Source: a virus. Taken from it: a DNA stretch of 64,000 nt. The notes under the pieces were generated by a model, which made no database searches, was not told the DNA's origin, and saw only the letters and a list, made by a program, of their open reading frames with translations. Numbering within the stretch: position 1 is the stretch's first letter; the number at the start of each line of letters is the position of its first letter. Location: the IMG/VR virus record IMGVR_UViG_3300003962_000007, positions 18,934 to 82,933 of that record; one strand, given 5' to 3'. A program made the translations under genes and the position numbers. Of the stretch, positions 25,876 through 37,189 are shown piece after piece.

Positions 25876-27781
25876 TTTCTTTATCTCCACTCAACATTTC
25901 CCTGTATTCAGGAATTTGCATTAGCTTAAACAATACAGCCTTTTTAGCAGTATCGTTTTTGTTTTGAAGCGCAACTTCTAAAGAATTTCCAATATATTCA
26001 GTAGCTGGACTTTCTTTTAGTTTAGAAGCAACATTCATTAAAGCACCATCGTCAGCGGAAAATACGCGCTGCATTGCTGTAGCAGGAGTTGATTTACCTG
26101 CAGACCTACTCACTAATCCGGCTTTATTAGCTGCGGATACAGACAATCCTCTACCAGTTGTAACAAGACCACTAATAGCGCCGGTTAAAACACCTCTAGG
26201 ACCTTCTTGAGGGTCAAACCCTTGAGCTTGCCTAATCATAGCGAGTTCATCTGCTTGTTTTTTAAGCTTTTCAGTAATGTCTTTAGCAGAACCGCCCAAC
26301 TTTTTAGTAGCTTCGGGATTAGACTGTTGTAATTTTTCTAAATTTCTTCTCAAAACTTCAAAACTAGCTCTTTCATCTACTGCAGCTTCGCCAGGAAGCT
26401 TGGCCTTTTTAAGCATTTCTTTTGAAGATTCAAATAATTTCAATTCTGGATTTTTTAAACTACCTACATAAGTTTTATTAAAATCAGAAGGTACACCCTT
26501 TGTTAAGATAGACTCAGGAACAAGCCTTCTAAATTCTTCAAATTGGGAAGCAGCAATTTTATATTCAGGAATATTAGCCTTTAAAGACTGATCTAATGCT
26601 GAAGCTAATTCAGAAGCCTTACCTTTGGCTAAATTTGCTTGATCGGAGTTAAATCCGGCAAGTTTATCCCTCAATCCATAAAGCTCGTCTTTTAAGGCCC
26701 TGGCTTCAATAGGATTTAAATCACCGACCTTTTGTTTAGCAATGGTGTTAATTATCTTAGCGGATTTAGGGTCGAATATTTTACCCAACGAAGGACTCTC
26801 TACAAACAATGTATTAAAAAGATCATCAACTGAAGCTTTTAGTTGTGGTTCTACGTTAATTCTAACACCATTTTGTTGAGCGTCTTCTAAAGCTTTACCA
26901 ACTTTTTTACCAATCATTTCGTCGGTTTCAAAGATTTTATTAACTAAATCTTCAGCACGTTGACCAGGTATTAAAGATATCTTATCTTGCGTCTTACTAG
27001 AACCTAAATTAAGTCCTTTTTTACCATATTCATAAGAAGAACCTAGCTGTCTTAAGAAATCACTATCTTTAGCTAGCTCTTTAACACCCTTAAAAGCTTC
27101 TTTACCAGTCTGACCGGCAGCCCCTAAAGCAGAACCGCCTATAAGACCCATAGTAGCCCCAGAAACAGCATCAGAAGCTAATTCAAGGGGTTTCTCAATG
27201 TTAGATTCAGAAGCCCCTATACCGTAAGCAGCGCCCGCTGGAGCGGCTTGTAGGCCTAGGTTTAATCCCTTTCCAGCGATATTAGCTAAAGCGGAACCAG
27301 TTTCTCCAGCCAATAAAGTCTTAGCTCCAGAACCTAATAACTTACCGCCGGTAGCAGCCACTTTAGCAGCGGTTAATCCTGGTGTAAGAATAGCGCCTCC
27401 TAGACCACCGCCTATTTCTCCTGCCATATATGCATTTGGAGACTCTTCTTTAATGGCTTTATTTGCAGCTTCTCTGCTTTTTTGGTATTCTCTGTATTTA
27501 TTATACAGGTTATCTAATGAAGCGTTTCCAGTTAGAGCGTCCTTAGCAACGTCAGCTCCTGCTCCTAGCTCATCAGAAAATCCAAAAGTAGCGCCCTGAG
27601 TTGCTCCAGTTAAGGCGGCTTCTGCAATCTTGCGGCCCTCTGACTGTTGAAGAGCTAAATCTTGTGCATTTGCATCTTGTAGCTTTTGATCTAACGAGCT
27701 TGGCTTTTTAGCTAAACTAGCCTGATATTCTTCTTCTTCTAATTGTAGAAGCTCTAATTCTTCATCTGGAGTTAATGCCAT
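25868..27781 (-). CDS. internal virion / DNA ejection protein
   Basis: GATQGATFGFSDEL motif, Gly/Ala-rich segments, helical body; last of the ejection cluster. Confidence 0.7.
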   Translation of the reverse strand: MALTPDEELELLQLEEEEYQASLAKKPSSLDQKLQDANAQDLALQQSEGRKIAEAALTGATQGATFGFSDELGAGADVAKDALTGNASLDNLYNKYREYQKSREAANKAIKEESPNAYMAGEIGGGLGGAILTPGLTAAKVAATGGKLLGSGAKTLLAGETGSALANIAGKGLNLGLQAAPAGAAYGIGASESNIEKPLELASDAVSGATMGLIGGSALGAAGQTGKEAFKGVKELAKDSDFLRQLGSSYEYGKKGLNLGSSKTQDKISLIPGQRAEDLVNKIFETDEMIGKKVGKALEDAQQNGVRINVEPQLKASVDDLFNTLFVESPSLGKIFDPKSAKIINTIAKQKVGDLNPIEARALKDELYGLRDKLAGFNSDQANLAKGKASELASALDQSLKANIPEYKIAASQFEEFRRLVPESILTKGVPSDFNKTYVGSLKNPELKLFESSKEMLKKAKLPGEAAVDERASFEVLRRNLEKLQQSNPEATKKLGGSAKDITEKLKKQADELAMIRQAQGFDPQEGPRGVLTGAISGLVTTGRGLSVSAANKAGLVSRSAGKSTPATAMQRVFSADDGALMNVASKLKESPATEYIGNSLEVALQNKNDTAKKAVLFKLMQIPEYREMLSGDKENE

Positions 27782-29454
27782 TATTGCACTCCTTTTTTAG
27801 CTTTAAGTTCTCTAATTCTAGCCTGTCTTTGTTCAGGAGTTAATCCAGAAGCACCAACGGGAGCCTGTTTAGCAGCTTCTTCTCTAGCTTTAGCTTCTCT
27901 ATTTAAAAGAGGATCAATTAAAGTTAAGTCTTGATCGTTCATTTTGTAAATTTGTGTTCCCGTATCTCTTATAGTTTGAACGGCCTGTTGGTAAGACTTA
28001 CCACCTTGATCTTTTAATCTTCTAGAGATTTTTAAAACATCATTTCTGAATTGAGGGTCCATCAGTTCCCCTCTAAATTGCCCAATAGTAGCAGTTCTTA
28101 ACCTACCAGCTAAACTCATACCGCGTTGACCCAATGCAATCTCGCCCTCTCTCACAACAGACTCAGGGTCTTGAGATTTAATAAAATTATACAAAATTTG
28201 AACGTCGGCAGGACCCATTTCATCTTCCTTAGCAGCTTCTATAGCGTCTACAGCGTTCTCTACTTTTTGTAGTTTTTCAAATTCTTTACCGATAGCTTTT
28301 TGTGCATATTCAATAAACTTTGCTTTTTTCTCATTAGACTTTTGATCTTTAAGCATTGACATTCTTAAAGCAAGTTCGTCTTGTCTAGCTAGTCTATTTT
28401 CTCTGGCCATCTCTTTACGAGCAATTTGACCTTCTTGTTGATTATAGATATTAGCTAATTGCGGCATTAAACGTTCTAGATCGGCAGCAGAAGCCTGACC
28501 TTTAATATTAAATCCCATAGATTTAGCAAGTTCTCTATATCCTTTAGACATAGGGCTATTTGGGTCTTCTTTTTCAAAAGAAACCTGTTTTAGATAGTCT
28601 TCAGGAATAGCATCTGCCGCTTTAGTTTGATCAGCTAAAATTTGATCAAATGGATTTTTAGTATTTCCTGCTAATGTGATAGAAGCCATAGCAGCTCGAC
28701 CTAATTCATTTGTTAATCTTGCTTTTCTAGAACCCTCTTGTAATTCTTGTAACCTTTGTAGGTTGGCGATAGTTCGACCATCTCCAAAGTCAATATCTTT
28801 AACTTGACGGGAAGCTACGGGAGGTTCACCCTCTGAGCCAAGTCTAGCCTGCATTTTCATTATTGCTTTTTCTTGTTCAGAAACAGGCACTGCTTGTTCT
28901 ACTTGTGTTTTTAACTGAGACTGCAAATCTTGAGGAACCGCTGTAGAAATAGGCATCTCTGAAGTAGGGCCTTGGTTCATTCCACTAACAATAGCAGCCC
29001 CCGCTCCTCCTGCACCCAATGCAGCAAGACCAACCTTTAATTTATTTAATCGAGCTTGTTGTGGGGTTAGTGGCAAATCTGCATTATTTAATTTAGCGCT
29101 TAAATTATCAACTTCAATATCGGGTAATTTTCTATTAGAGGGCATAGCATCTAAAACTTCAGGAACAATAGCGCCCTCTTTAAGGGCGATATCTCTAGGT
29201 TTAGACAACATAAGAGCTGAATCATTTATATAAGGAGAACCTACCATTTCAAACCCAGAAGGAGGAGGCGCATCCATTTTAGGTAATTTAATAGTTTTTA
29301 GTTGATCAGCTAATTGTGTATTAGGTAAATTTAACTTTTCTATTGCGCTTAATTCAGCAGCAAGACGAGCCTCTTCGTCTCTTGCTTTTTTAAGAGCTTC
29401 AATTGCTTTTTTATTATAACCTTTAGTTAAATCTGCAATCTTAGGAAATTTCAT
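27781..29454 (-). CDS. internal virion / DNA ejection protein
   Basis: DPESVVREGE motif, helical Ala/Gln-rich sequence. Confidence 0.65.
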   Translation of the reverse strand: MKFPKIADLTKGYNKKAIEALKKARDEEARLAAELSAIEKLNLPNTQLADQLKTIKLPKMDAPPPSGFEMVGSPYINDSALMLSKPRDIALKEGAIVPEVLDAMPSNRKLPDIEVDNLSAKLNNADLPLTPQQARLNKLKVGLAALGAGGAGAAIVSGMNQGPTSEMPISTAVPQDLQSQLKTQVEQAVPVSEQEKAIMKMQARLGSEGEPPVASRQVKDIDFGDGRTIANLQRLQELQEGSRKARLTNELGRAAMASITLAGNTKNPFDQILADQTKAADAIPEDYLKQVSFEKEDPNSPMSKGYRELAKSMGFNIKGQASAADLERLMPQLANIYNQQEGQIARKEMARENRLARQDELALRMSMLKDQKSNEKKAKFIEYAQKAIGKEFEKLQKVENAVDAIEAAKEDEMGPADVQILYNFIKSQDPESVVREGEIALGQRGMSLAGRLRTATIGQFRGELMDPQFRNDVLKISRRLKDQGGKSYQQAVQTIRDTGTQIYKMNDQDLTLIDPLLNREAKAREEAAKQAPVGASGLTPEQRQARIRELKAKKGVQ

Positions 29455-29456
29455 GT

Positions 29457-30512
29457 TTACCTGCGTATTCTTTGATTCAAAAGATCAACTCCAGAAGGAT
29501 CGCTAGACGAAACGGAAGGAGTTTTTGGTTGTGAAGCATAATAGTTAGAAAGAGCACCAAACCCAGAACTAATTCCACCAGCAATACCGGAAATAAGATT
29601 AGCTTTATTTTGACCTAATGCAGATGCCTGTTGAGCGCCAACTTGACCCATACCTAACACAGGGGCGGCCTTAGCTTGAGCATAGCTTAGTTTATCTTGC
29701 CAGAATTGACGCTTAGCTTCCAATTGACGATATTTTTCAGCATTAGCAGTTTCTGTATTAGTGTCTTGAATTCTTTGTTTTTCTCTTAAATTAGCTTCTT
29801 GGGATACGTTTCTAGCTCCAATGTTTCTAGTTTGTCTAGATATTTGATTCTCGACATTAAATCTATTAAATTCATCTTCAGCGCCAGCTTTAGCCATGTT
29901 AACGTCAAAATCTTGACCTCTTAAAGACCCAGCCATTTGACTCTCAGCTTGCATTGCTTGTAAAGCTCTAGCCGATGCCATTGCTTGAATTCTATCTGCT
30001 TCTTCCGAAGCTCTGTCTGCAGCTTCTTGTGAAGACATCAATCTCGCAGCAATCTCAGCCCCACCACCAGCTTGACCACGCATTGCTAAATCATTAACAA
30101 TTTGTTCTTGCTTAGCCTGAAGGTCTCTTTGAACCTCTCCTCTAGCGATATTAGCTTCAGCTCTTTCTTCTGCAGTTAGACCAGAACGGCTTCTTTTAGC
30201 CATTTGTTGTAATGCTCTGACCTGAGCACCGCGAAGACTATCATCTTCTTGTACTTGAGCACGCTTTGAAGCGTCTAGATTGATAGCTTGTTCTAATTCT
30301 GGTGTTAATACACCGGCTTGTTGTAGTTTCTCTAAAACAACAGCGGCAGAAAGATCAGGCGGAGCACCAACCTCATCAATTAAACGACGGTATTCTTCTA
30401 AAGCAGCCTGCTGAGCTGCTGCGGCAGCATTGGCGGCTTTTTTCTGAGCATTACTACTTAGAATGCTACCGCCTATTTGAACGGCGGCCATTCCTCCAGC
30501 GATAAAAGGCAT
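29457..30512 (-). CDS. DNA transfer (ejection) protein, P22 gp7 / T7 gp14-like position
   Basis: Gly/Ala-rich hydrophobic N- and C-termini, Q/A-rich coiled coil. Confidence 0.7.
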   Translation of the reverse strand: MPFIAGGMAAVQIGGSILSSNAQKKAANAAAAAQQAALEEYRRLIDEVGAPPDLSAAVVLEKLQQAGVLTPELEQAINLDASKRAQVQEDDSLRGAQVRALQQMAKRSRSGLTAEERAEANIARGEVQRDLQAKQEQIVNDLAMRGQAGGGAEIAARLMSSQEAADRASEEADRIQAMASARALQAMQAESQMAGSLRGQDFDVNMAKAGAEDEFNRFNVENQISRQTRNIGARNVSQEANLREKQRIQDTNTETANAEKYRQLEAKRQFWQDKLSYAQAKAAPVLGMGQVGAQQASALGQNKANLISGIAGGISSGFGALSNYYASQPKTPSVSSSDPSGVDLLNQRIRR

Positions 30513-30958
30513 TAGTTATTTCCTTTCATATACATATAAATTTCACCTAAACCATCTTCAGATGTTTCAAATCTTTCAAATTTACACCCGTTATTCGTTA
30601 AAAACTTTTTAGCTGGAATATTTTTTGAGTATATAGCAGTTTTAAAACAATTATTAAAATGTTCACAAACAACGTTCCAAAAAGCTTGTTTATTATCTTT
30701 TTTTCTAAACTCTGGAACTATAAAAAAACCAGCCAGCCAGTCATTTTTTTGACCAAAATAGCCCACCAATTTATTGCCGATCATTAACTTATATACAACT
30801 ATATCGTTATTAAAAATATCTAAGACTGTTCGATCAACACAATTGCTTAAACTAGAGCCAGATAAAACGTGATAATTTTTAATTAAAGTTTCATCAGTTT
30901 GATAACAATTAACTATCAAATCAAATATTTCAGTTTTTGACACTAAAGTTTTATGCAT
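30512..30958 (-). CDS. GNAT-fold protein (T7 gp13 / P22 gp14-like position)
   Basis: LVGYFG, FFIVPEFRK, KNIPAKKFL..NG. Confidence 0.7.
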   Translation of the reverse strand: MHKTLVSKTEIFDLIVNCYQTDETLIKNYHVLSGSSLSNCVDRTVLDIFNNDIVVYKLMIGNKLVGYFGQKNDWLAGFFIVPEFRKKDNKQAFWNVVCEHFNNCFKTAIYSKNIPAKKFLTNNGCKFERFETSEDGLGEIYMYMKGNN

Positions 30959-32453
30959 TTGGTTTAGGTACTTTTCTTAAAGTTCTATCAAATTTATATG
31001 TATCTTTTACAGATTTACTCATTGCTTCGCGCATTGGTAGTTCCGCATCCCAAATACGTTTAGTTAATTCTAATTCTTGAAGCATGTGTGGAGGTAGTAA
31101 ATTAGGGTCTCCTACTTTTTTAGCTAATTCCGCCCACTGTTGCTCCACTGTTTGTTGTGTTGGACCCTTAGTATAACCAAAATTAGTTGGAATATTTGCT
31201 CTTCTTATTTCGTCAGCATATTTAGCATGTGCGTCTTGTATCGCCTTAATTTGACCGACTACGTTAGCTCCTCTTTCATATTTAAACTTACCGGTTCCGC
31301 CAAATCTTTGGGCTAATTCAGGACCTTCGGCCTCACCATATAAGCCAGTTTTAGCCAATTGAATATGAGCTAAGTTATCAAAATCGGCAGACTTATATTC
31401 TCCACGTTCTTGTGCAATCTTATCTCTTAATGCATCTTGAGCAATATCATATGTTTCCATATTCTTAAATGCATCAATTTGAGACTTATCGTTATAAGCA
31501 GGTAGAATAGCAGAAGCTTCACCGGTTAGAGATTGACCAGAAAGTCTTCTTAAAGCGTTAATACGATCAAAATCAGCTTGAGTTTGAACGTTTTCTTTAG
31601 TTGCAATATTGTTTCTTGCTTGAAAATAATCTGCTAAGTTAGTTCTAAAGATTTGATCACCCTCTTTAATACCCAAACGGTTGTAAAGATTTTCATCTTC
31701 AATCTCGTTAGCGATTAATTGATCACGGAGCTTGCGTTGATTTTCAGCTAGATCGGCTTGAGCTTTAACACGAGCAGCTTCCATCGCCTTATCGTAGTCT
31801 ACAACTTGACTACCAAGACGACCAATTGTTACATCTGTCAAGTTCTTAGCTTCACCCTGAAGAACCTTACCCGTTTCGATAGCAGCTCTAGCTTCTTGTT
31901 CAGCTTTATTAGTCAACCCTACAGTACCCTTACGGGCTTCTCTAAGTTGGTTAGAGCCTGTTTGACCTAGAAGCATACTATCAAGTCTTTGTTGACCACC
32001 GGTATATTGTTTATTACCGCCTACAAATCTTTGTAATAACCCATAGCGGCCAGCTTCAGAGCCAGCAGCGCTACCTAGACGCTCAGCCTCGAAAGCTTTT
32101 TGTTTTAATTCATCAGCATTTTTAATTTGAGTAGGACCTTTAGACAACCCACCTCTGATTCCCTCAAATGCGGATACATCTTCATCAGTAGCCTTAGAAA
32201 CATCACCTAAAACTCTGTCAACCCTTTGAGCTTCTGCTCCTAGACGACCTCTCTCGGTTTGAACTCCGCCTTTAAATTCGTCACTAGCCTGCGTAATAGC
32301 TCCTCTGGCGGCTTGACCTGCTTGCTGAACACCCCCAGAAACCACGGAACCTAAAGGATTAGCTTTATTAGCCTGAAGAATGCGCTGAATATTTGTAAAT
32401 CCAGTTCCAGGAGTAATAGGTTTTTTCTGTTGGAGGGGTCTATTAATTGCCAT
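30951..32453 (-). CDS. putative internal virion protein
   Basis: 500-aa helical, A/Q/G-rich ORF; GTGFTNIQRIL.AN N-terminus. Confidence 0.55.
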   Translation of the reverse strand: MAINRPLQQKKPITPGTGFTNIQRILQANKANPLGSVVSGGVQQAGQAARGAITQASDEFKGGVQTERGRLGAEAQRVDRVLGDVSKATDEDVSAFEGIRGGLSKGPTQIKNADELKQKAFEAERLGSAAGSEAGRYGLLQRFVGGNKQYTGGQQRLDSMLLGQTGSNQLREARKGTVGLTNKAEQEARAAIETGKVLQGEAKNLTDVTIGRLGSQVVDYDKAMEAARVKAQADLAENQRKLRDQLIANEIEDENLYNRLGIKEGDQIFRTNLADYFQARNNIATKENVQTQADFDRINALRRLSGQSLTGEASAILPAYNDKSQIDAFKNMETYDIAQDALRDKIAQERGEYKSADFDNLAHIQLAKTGLYGEAEGPELAQRFGGTGKFKYERGANVVGQIKAIQDAHAKYADEIRRANIPTNFGYTKGPTQQTVEQQWAELAKKVGDPNLLPPHMLQELELTKRIWDAELPMREAMSKSVKDTYKFDRTLRKVPKPNA

Positions 32454-32464
32454 AAGTCTATATA

Positions 32465-32475
32465 ATAGTTGTTAA
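32465..32475 (-). promoter_or_regulatory. putative late promoter motif
   Basis: TTAACAACTAT, 11 nt before ATG 32453. Confidence 0.7.
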
Positions 32476-32476
32476 A

Positions 32477-32890
32477 TTACCTTATTCCGAAAACAGTCAA
32501 TTGAAACAAATTATTAGCAGGTATTCCTGAAACATGGTCAATGACAATCTGGTCAGTTGTTTCTGTATAAGTTAAAAAGGGGGCCGAAGAAGGAAATACG
32601 TTACTAGAAGTAAGATTTACCGCCTTAATTACTTGAAATCCTTGGAATTTTTCGCTTGAATTCTTCTTAATGGTGGTTTTATTAGTTGGTTTACCATTAG
32701 AATCTACTTGTACATTAACTGTTGTTATTAAAGAAGCGGTATTTTCCGTAAAAGTAAGCTTACCATTAAGAACTTCATACAGAGGTTCAAAGCCATAGTT
32801 AATAGAAACTGACAATTGACGTATAAGGTCCTGAGATTCTTGAGGAAAATCTTGTTCATATAACCTTCTGAATGACGGTAATCTTGCCAT
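32477..32890 (-). CDS. virion structural protein (hypothetical)
   Basis: 137-aa ORF abutting nozzle gene; LNGKLTFTEN motif. Confidence 0.6.
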   Translation of the reverse strand: MARLPSFRRLYEQDFPQESQDLIRQLSVSINYGFEPLYEVLNGKLTFTENTASLITTVNVQVDSNGKPTNKTTIKKNSSEKFQGFQVIKAVNLTSSNVFPSSAPFLTYTETTDQIVIDHVSGIPANNLFQLTVFGIR

Positions 32891-35800
32891 CTAGCGGTAA
32901 CTCCTAGTTGAAAGTTCGGTTTCTCCAGTAATAGTGATACCAAACAAAGACCACTTCTCTCTAGCTACCCTATGATTAAACTTAATAACCATATACCTAC
33001 AACGCTGACAGTTTCTTGGTATATATGTTCTTATTGGAGCGGAATTACTAGCTCCTCCAAAGAACCCCAACCCAAAGTCAGTAAATCCAAATCTACCATT
33101 ACCATCAGCATTAAAAATAACCTGTTCAAATTTAGGTAATAAATCTGTCGCAAAGCTCATTATACCCCTAGTAAAGGCTAAACTCTCAAACATAAACTGA
33201 GCTTCACGCATATGTTTTAAACTTACAGGGTCTCCACCAAAAGTATTAGGGCTATATTGAATCTCGCAATCAATAGACTTAAATACTGTAAATTTACCTA
33301 CTACATAATCTAACTCTGATGCTAAAGTTATTCTTTTAGCAACTCTATCTACATTAGTAATAAGAATTTCCTGTCTAGTTGTAATAGATATCGGTTGATA
33401 ACCGCTGAAACCTACAACACTATCAATGTTTAATTTTTCAATTAACTCGTTATAACAGGTCTTTAAATCTTGGAAATCTAAGTCTTGTGTAGTGAAAGTT
33501 CCAGTAGTTCCAGGATTAATTACAGAAGCATTGATTGTAAAGTTATTATTATCCACAACAGTAACTTCATAAATTCCATTAATTGTAGGAGAGCTATTAG
33601 TTGCAGATAATAGAACTTTACGACCAGTTAATAGCCCATGATTAGCACTAGTAATAGTTACAGGAGAGCCTGCGCTTATTGCGGTAATTGAACCACTCTT
33701 ATCACCTATAGTGCTTTCGTAATTGGTAAAACCCAAAGAATCTGAATCTAATTTATCTGCTAAATCTAGAATAGCTTCCCTTAAATTGGCTCCAGGTAGA
33801 GCTTCTAATGTCGAAAAATAATCGTCAGAAGGAACCCCCGGATCAATGTCTAGTTTTTTCAATAAAGAATTGAAATCGTAAATAGTCAAAGTTTGATATT
33901 GAACAAATACATCAAAAGGTTCGATATTTAAAACGCTATCCATACTGATAACTTTATTTAAATATTTACCGTCTTGTAAATCAAAAATATATTCTCTATC
34001 AGCGTAGTCTTCTCTTGTAAAAGATTTACGCTCTTTTTCAATTGAGTTAGTATCACCAGCACCAACATACATAACGTCAGTATTAGTTTCAATTACGCCA
34101 CAGGTATAATCTTTGGAAACTGAAGTCCAAGAATTTGTTAGCGTGTTAAATTTATAACCGATGCTAGCGGCTGTGTCCGATGTCTTATTAACAGTATAAA
34201 CAGTGTAAGATTTATCAGACTCATATCCAATTCCCCAAGTAGCCGTTGAAAAATTAGGATAGTTAGTAGACGAAAGAGGCAATAAGTCAACATCTAATGG
34301 TCTAGAAACGTTTCTAACGCCAGACTCTGTAATAGAAGAAATTCCTTGTCTAGTCCAACAATAAATGACGTTATCTACAGAAGAAACACTATCTGGAGCT
34401 ACAGCAATACAGCTACTATCAAATAAACCTAAGTTAAACGGAATAGATTCGCCTGAAATTCTGTATAATCCGTCTTCTTTAAATACAAACAAGCTATCTC
34501 TTAGGGGATATATTCTTAAAATAGCTTTATCTTTCGCACCAACATCGAAGTAGTTTAATACAGGAACTGATTCAGGTTGTTGAAATTTAGAGTAATAAAT
34601 TCTATTTTTGGCTTCTTCATTAGAAGATGCTTCAGAATCGGTTAGAGATATAATTCCACCTTTAGTTCCAGCTATTGTAGTGGTTACATTTACTCTGAAT
34701 GTAGTAGGAGATACGTAAGTAATTTGTTGTAGCCCGTCTATTGATGGCGTAGAATCAGAGCCGCTAATATTAACGAAATCTAAATTTTGTAAATTATGAT
34801 TACTTGTCGTGGTAACCAACATAGTTGTTGGAGAACCAACGGTAATTGAATTAATCTGTAACGTAGGAGCTAAAGTAGGGCTGAATGAAGCTCCAGCAGA
34901 CTCAACGTTTGTTACTAAATAGAATTGCTCGTCGTTCAATCCTCTACCCTCAAAAAGCATTCTACCCGGAACTTCTTGAGCACCAGAAACGTAAAATCCA
35001 TAAATAGTTTCGTTAGCATTTTTATTAATAACGCGTATTAAACTATTTGCGGTTTGATCTACAGCACGAGCAGGAGAAACGTCTGAAGATATTAATACTT
35101 GATTAGAAGAAGCATCTTCACCTAGCCCTTGATTAGTAACTGTTATTACAAAACCAGTTCCGCCATCTACCGGATCGTCGGTATAACCTACTGTAATACA
35201 GGAAACACTTACTGTATCTGTTACGCTAGATGCAGTAAAATCATTATTAAGAGTATTAATAGCGTCTCTAGTACGTTCGGCTATTTTAGTAGCTGTGTCA
35301 CCAACATCAAATTCAATCGGAATTAGAGTTCTTCCTCCAGAAGCGGGAGCTACGGCAGTACCTGCTAAATAATAGAATCTATATTTAGATGTATTATTTC
35401 CACTATTAATGTCTATATAATCTGCAGTTCCTGAACTAGCTAAAGAAGCGCCATTTCCACATTGTAAAGTGAATGTCTCAGACTCGCCTACAACAAAAGT
35501 ATATGTATTATAACCGCTAGATGTAGCCACAGTTAAAGTAGGAATTGTACCACTATTATATAAATCAATTAATCCTTGAACTCCGATAAGAGATGAATTT
35601 AATCTGTGTCTAGTTCTAGTATTTGCGTAAAAAATACTATTTTTGAAAACGTTAATGTCTTTAGCAAATGGGGGAATATCATTAGCTTGTATAATTCCTT
35701 CGCCAGTAGAAGCGTTTGTATACAAGTTAGCACCTCTAAATGCGTCAGGAACAACGTCTATTACATTAATAGTACCAGCAGTTATCTCTGCGCTAGTAGG

Positions 35801-37189
35801 ATAAGCCTCATATACTAATTGTAGTTCGTCGTTTGGAAATACATCAGTTGCTAAAACTGCAGTATCGTCGGCGGTAAAAACAGAAGAGCGATAAATTTGA
35901 AAAAAATAGCTAGAATTAATATCATTAGGTATAGTAATATTAATAGAAACAGTTGAATTAGTAGTAATATCAAGAGGAGCTATGTAATCATTTAGAGCTG
36001 CAGTTGGAATAATAGAATTAGGCTCTTGATTTAAAGCTTCAATTATTAAATTGATATAGTCTTGTATGTCTACAAGGTCGCCATGAGGAGTTGGGATTTC
36101 GGGAACAGGTGGTTGTGAAATATTTCTGTATTCGTTAGATACAATAGTTGCGGCAGGATCAACGGTCACGACACCACTCGCCGTAGTATTAAATGTTATG
36201 TCTGTAGCGGTCACAGTTGCTACAGTTTGAGCACCGTTAAGAGTTCCAGAAGCAGGACTAAACCCAGAAAGAAATATTAAAGAACCTGGCTCTAGATATT
36301 GTGTAGGGTCACCAGAAGCAAAGTTAATTGTACAAACGGTTCCGGCAATTGAAGCAGTATTTATTTCAAGAGGAGCACCGGTAGGAGCACCGTCGTTATC
36401 CGCGAATAAAATATTGTTATCAATCTTAGTAACTAAACTAATTAAATTAGTTCTTAAATCAGAAGCAGATGCTGAGGTTGTAAGCTTTAGAGTATTTACG
36501 TAATCTTGATCATCTATTAATGAACCAGCAAATCCAATACTATCCAAAGCAGAAAGTATTTTCATATAATCCTGAAGCATTAAGCTTAACATTGGATTAT
36601 AAACTTCCATTCTTTGGGAAGGAACTCCCAAAAATAAGTTATTATTAAGGTCTCTATAACCCCAAACCACCCTATAAGCTATTGCGGAATCTTGTAAAAA
36701 GAAAGAGGATTGGTCACCGTAAGTATATACAAGGGAAGCGTTAGAATCTACTGCTTTAACTGCTCCAGATTTAGTAATATAACCTGAAGAAGTCGTAAAA
36801 TCAGAAGCATCTCTTGCGGAAATCTTCATGATTCCTTCAGAAGTAGTAAAATATAAGTTACCGTTAGATTCGATAGACTTGAGTCTTAATCCTGATTCAG
36901 TTTCAGTGTAAGAGCCAGAGAACGAATTAAATAATCCTGAACCGTCATCGAATTGTAATGTCGAAGCAAAGTGTCTTAAAATTCTATTTTTATAATTGAT
37001 TAATTGTTTAGCTCTATCGCTGATTGTTCCAAAGGTATTTCCGTAAATAGCAAATCCACGACGAGGCTCTACCACGTTATCTCTGTTGATAACTACGTTT
37101 TTAGCAACAGTCAAAGAGCCGTCGGGAACCTCGAGTTGATTTGGTTGAGTCACTAACCCTACAGCTTTTAAACTAAATACACTAGCCAT
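32891..37189 (-). CDS. tail nozzle / tubular protein B (P22 gp10-like beta-propeller) with inserted domains
   Basis: AKNV....NVVEPRRG start, NRIYYSK..QPE, LFVFKEDG, RCRY....F..R end; two FCCH-like inserts (T..NH.L..G..V.ISG). Confidence 0.7.
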   Translation of the reverse strand: MASVFSLKAVGLVTQPNQLEVPDGSLTVAKNVVINRDNVVEPRRGFAIYGNTFGTISDRAKQLINYKNRILRHFASTLQFDDGSGLFNSFSGSYTETESGLRLKSIESNGNLYFTTSEGIMKISARDASDFTTSSGYITKSGAVKAVDSNASLVYTYGDQSSFFLQDSAIAYRVVWGYRDLNNNLFLGVPSQRMEVYNPMLSLMLQDYMKILSALDSIGFAGSLIDDQDYVNTLKLTTSASASDLRTNLISLVTKIDNNILFADNDGAPTGAPLEINTASIAGTVCTINFASGDPTQYLEPGSLIFLSGFSPASGTLNGAQTVATVTATDITFNTTASGVVTVDPAATIVSNEYRNISQPPVPEIPTPHGDLVDIQDYINLIIEALNQEPNSIIPTAALNDYIAPLDITTNSTVSINITIPNDINSSYFFQIYRSSVFTADDTAVLATDVFPNDELQLVYEAYPTSAEITAGTINVIDVVPDAFRGANLYTNASTGEGIIQANDIPPFAKDINVFKNSIFYANTRTRHRLNSSLIGVQGLIDLYNSGTIPTLTVATSSGYNTYTFVVGESETFTLQCGNGASLASSGTADYIDINSGNNTSKYRFYYLAGTAVAPASGGRTLIPIEFDVGDTATKIAERTRDAINTLNNDFTASSVTDTVSVSCITVGYTDDPVDGGTGFVITVTNQGLGEDASSNQVLISSDVSPARAVDQTANSLIRVINKNANETIYGFYVSGAQEVPGRMLFEGRGLNDEQFYLVTNVESAGASFSPTLAPTLQINSITVGSPTTMLVTTTSNHNLQNLDFVNISGSDSTPSIDGLQQITYVSPTTFRVNVTTTIAGTKGGIISLTDSEASSNEEAKNRIYYSKFQQPESVPVLNYFDVGAKDKAILRIYPLRDSLFVFKEDGLYRISGESIPFNLGLFDSSCIAVAPDSVSSVDNVIYCWTRQGISSITESGVRNVSRPLDVDLLPLSSTNYPNFSTATWGIGYESDKSYTVYTVNKTSDTAASIGYKFNTLTNSWTSVSKDYTCGVIETNTDVMYVGAGDTNSIEKERKSFTREDYADREYIFDLQDGKYLNKVISMDSVLNIEPFDVFVQYQTLTIYDFNSLLKKLDIDPGVPSDDYFSTLEALPGANLREAILDLADKLDSDSLGFTNYESTIGDKSGSITAISAGSPVTITSANHGLLTGRKVLLSATNSSPTINGIYEVTVVDNNNFTINASVINPGTTGTFTTQDLDFQDLKTCYNELIEKLNIDSVVGFSGYQPISITTRQEILITNVDRVAKRITLASELDYVVGKFTVFKSIDCEIQYSPNTFGGDPVSLKHMREAQFMFESLAFTRGIMSFATDLLPKFEQVIFNADGNGRFGFTDFGLGFFGGASNSAPIRTYIPRNCQRCRYMVIKFNHRVAREKWSLFGITITGETELSTRSYR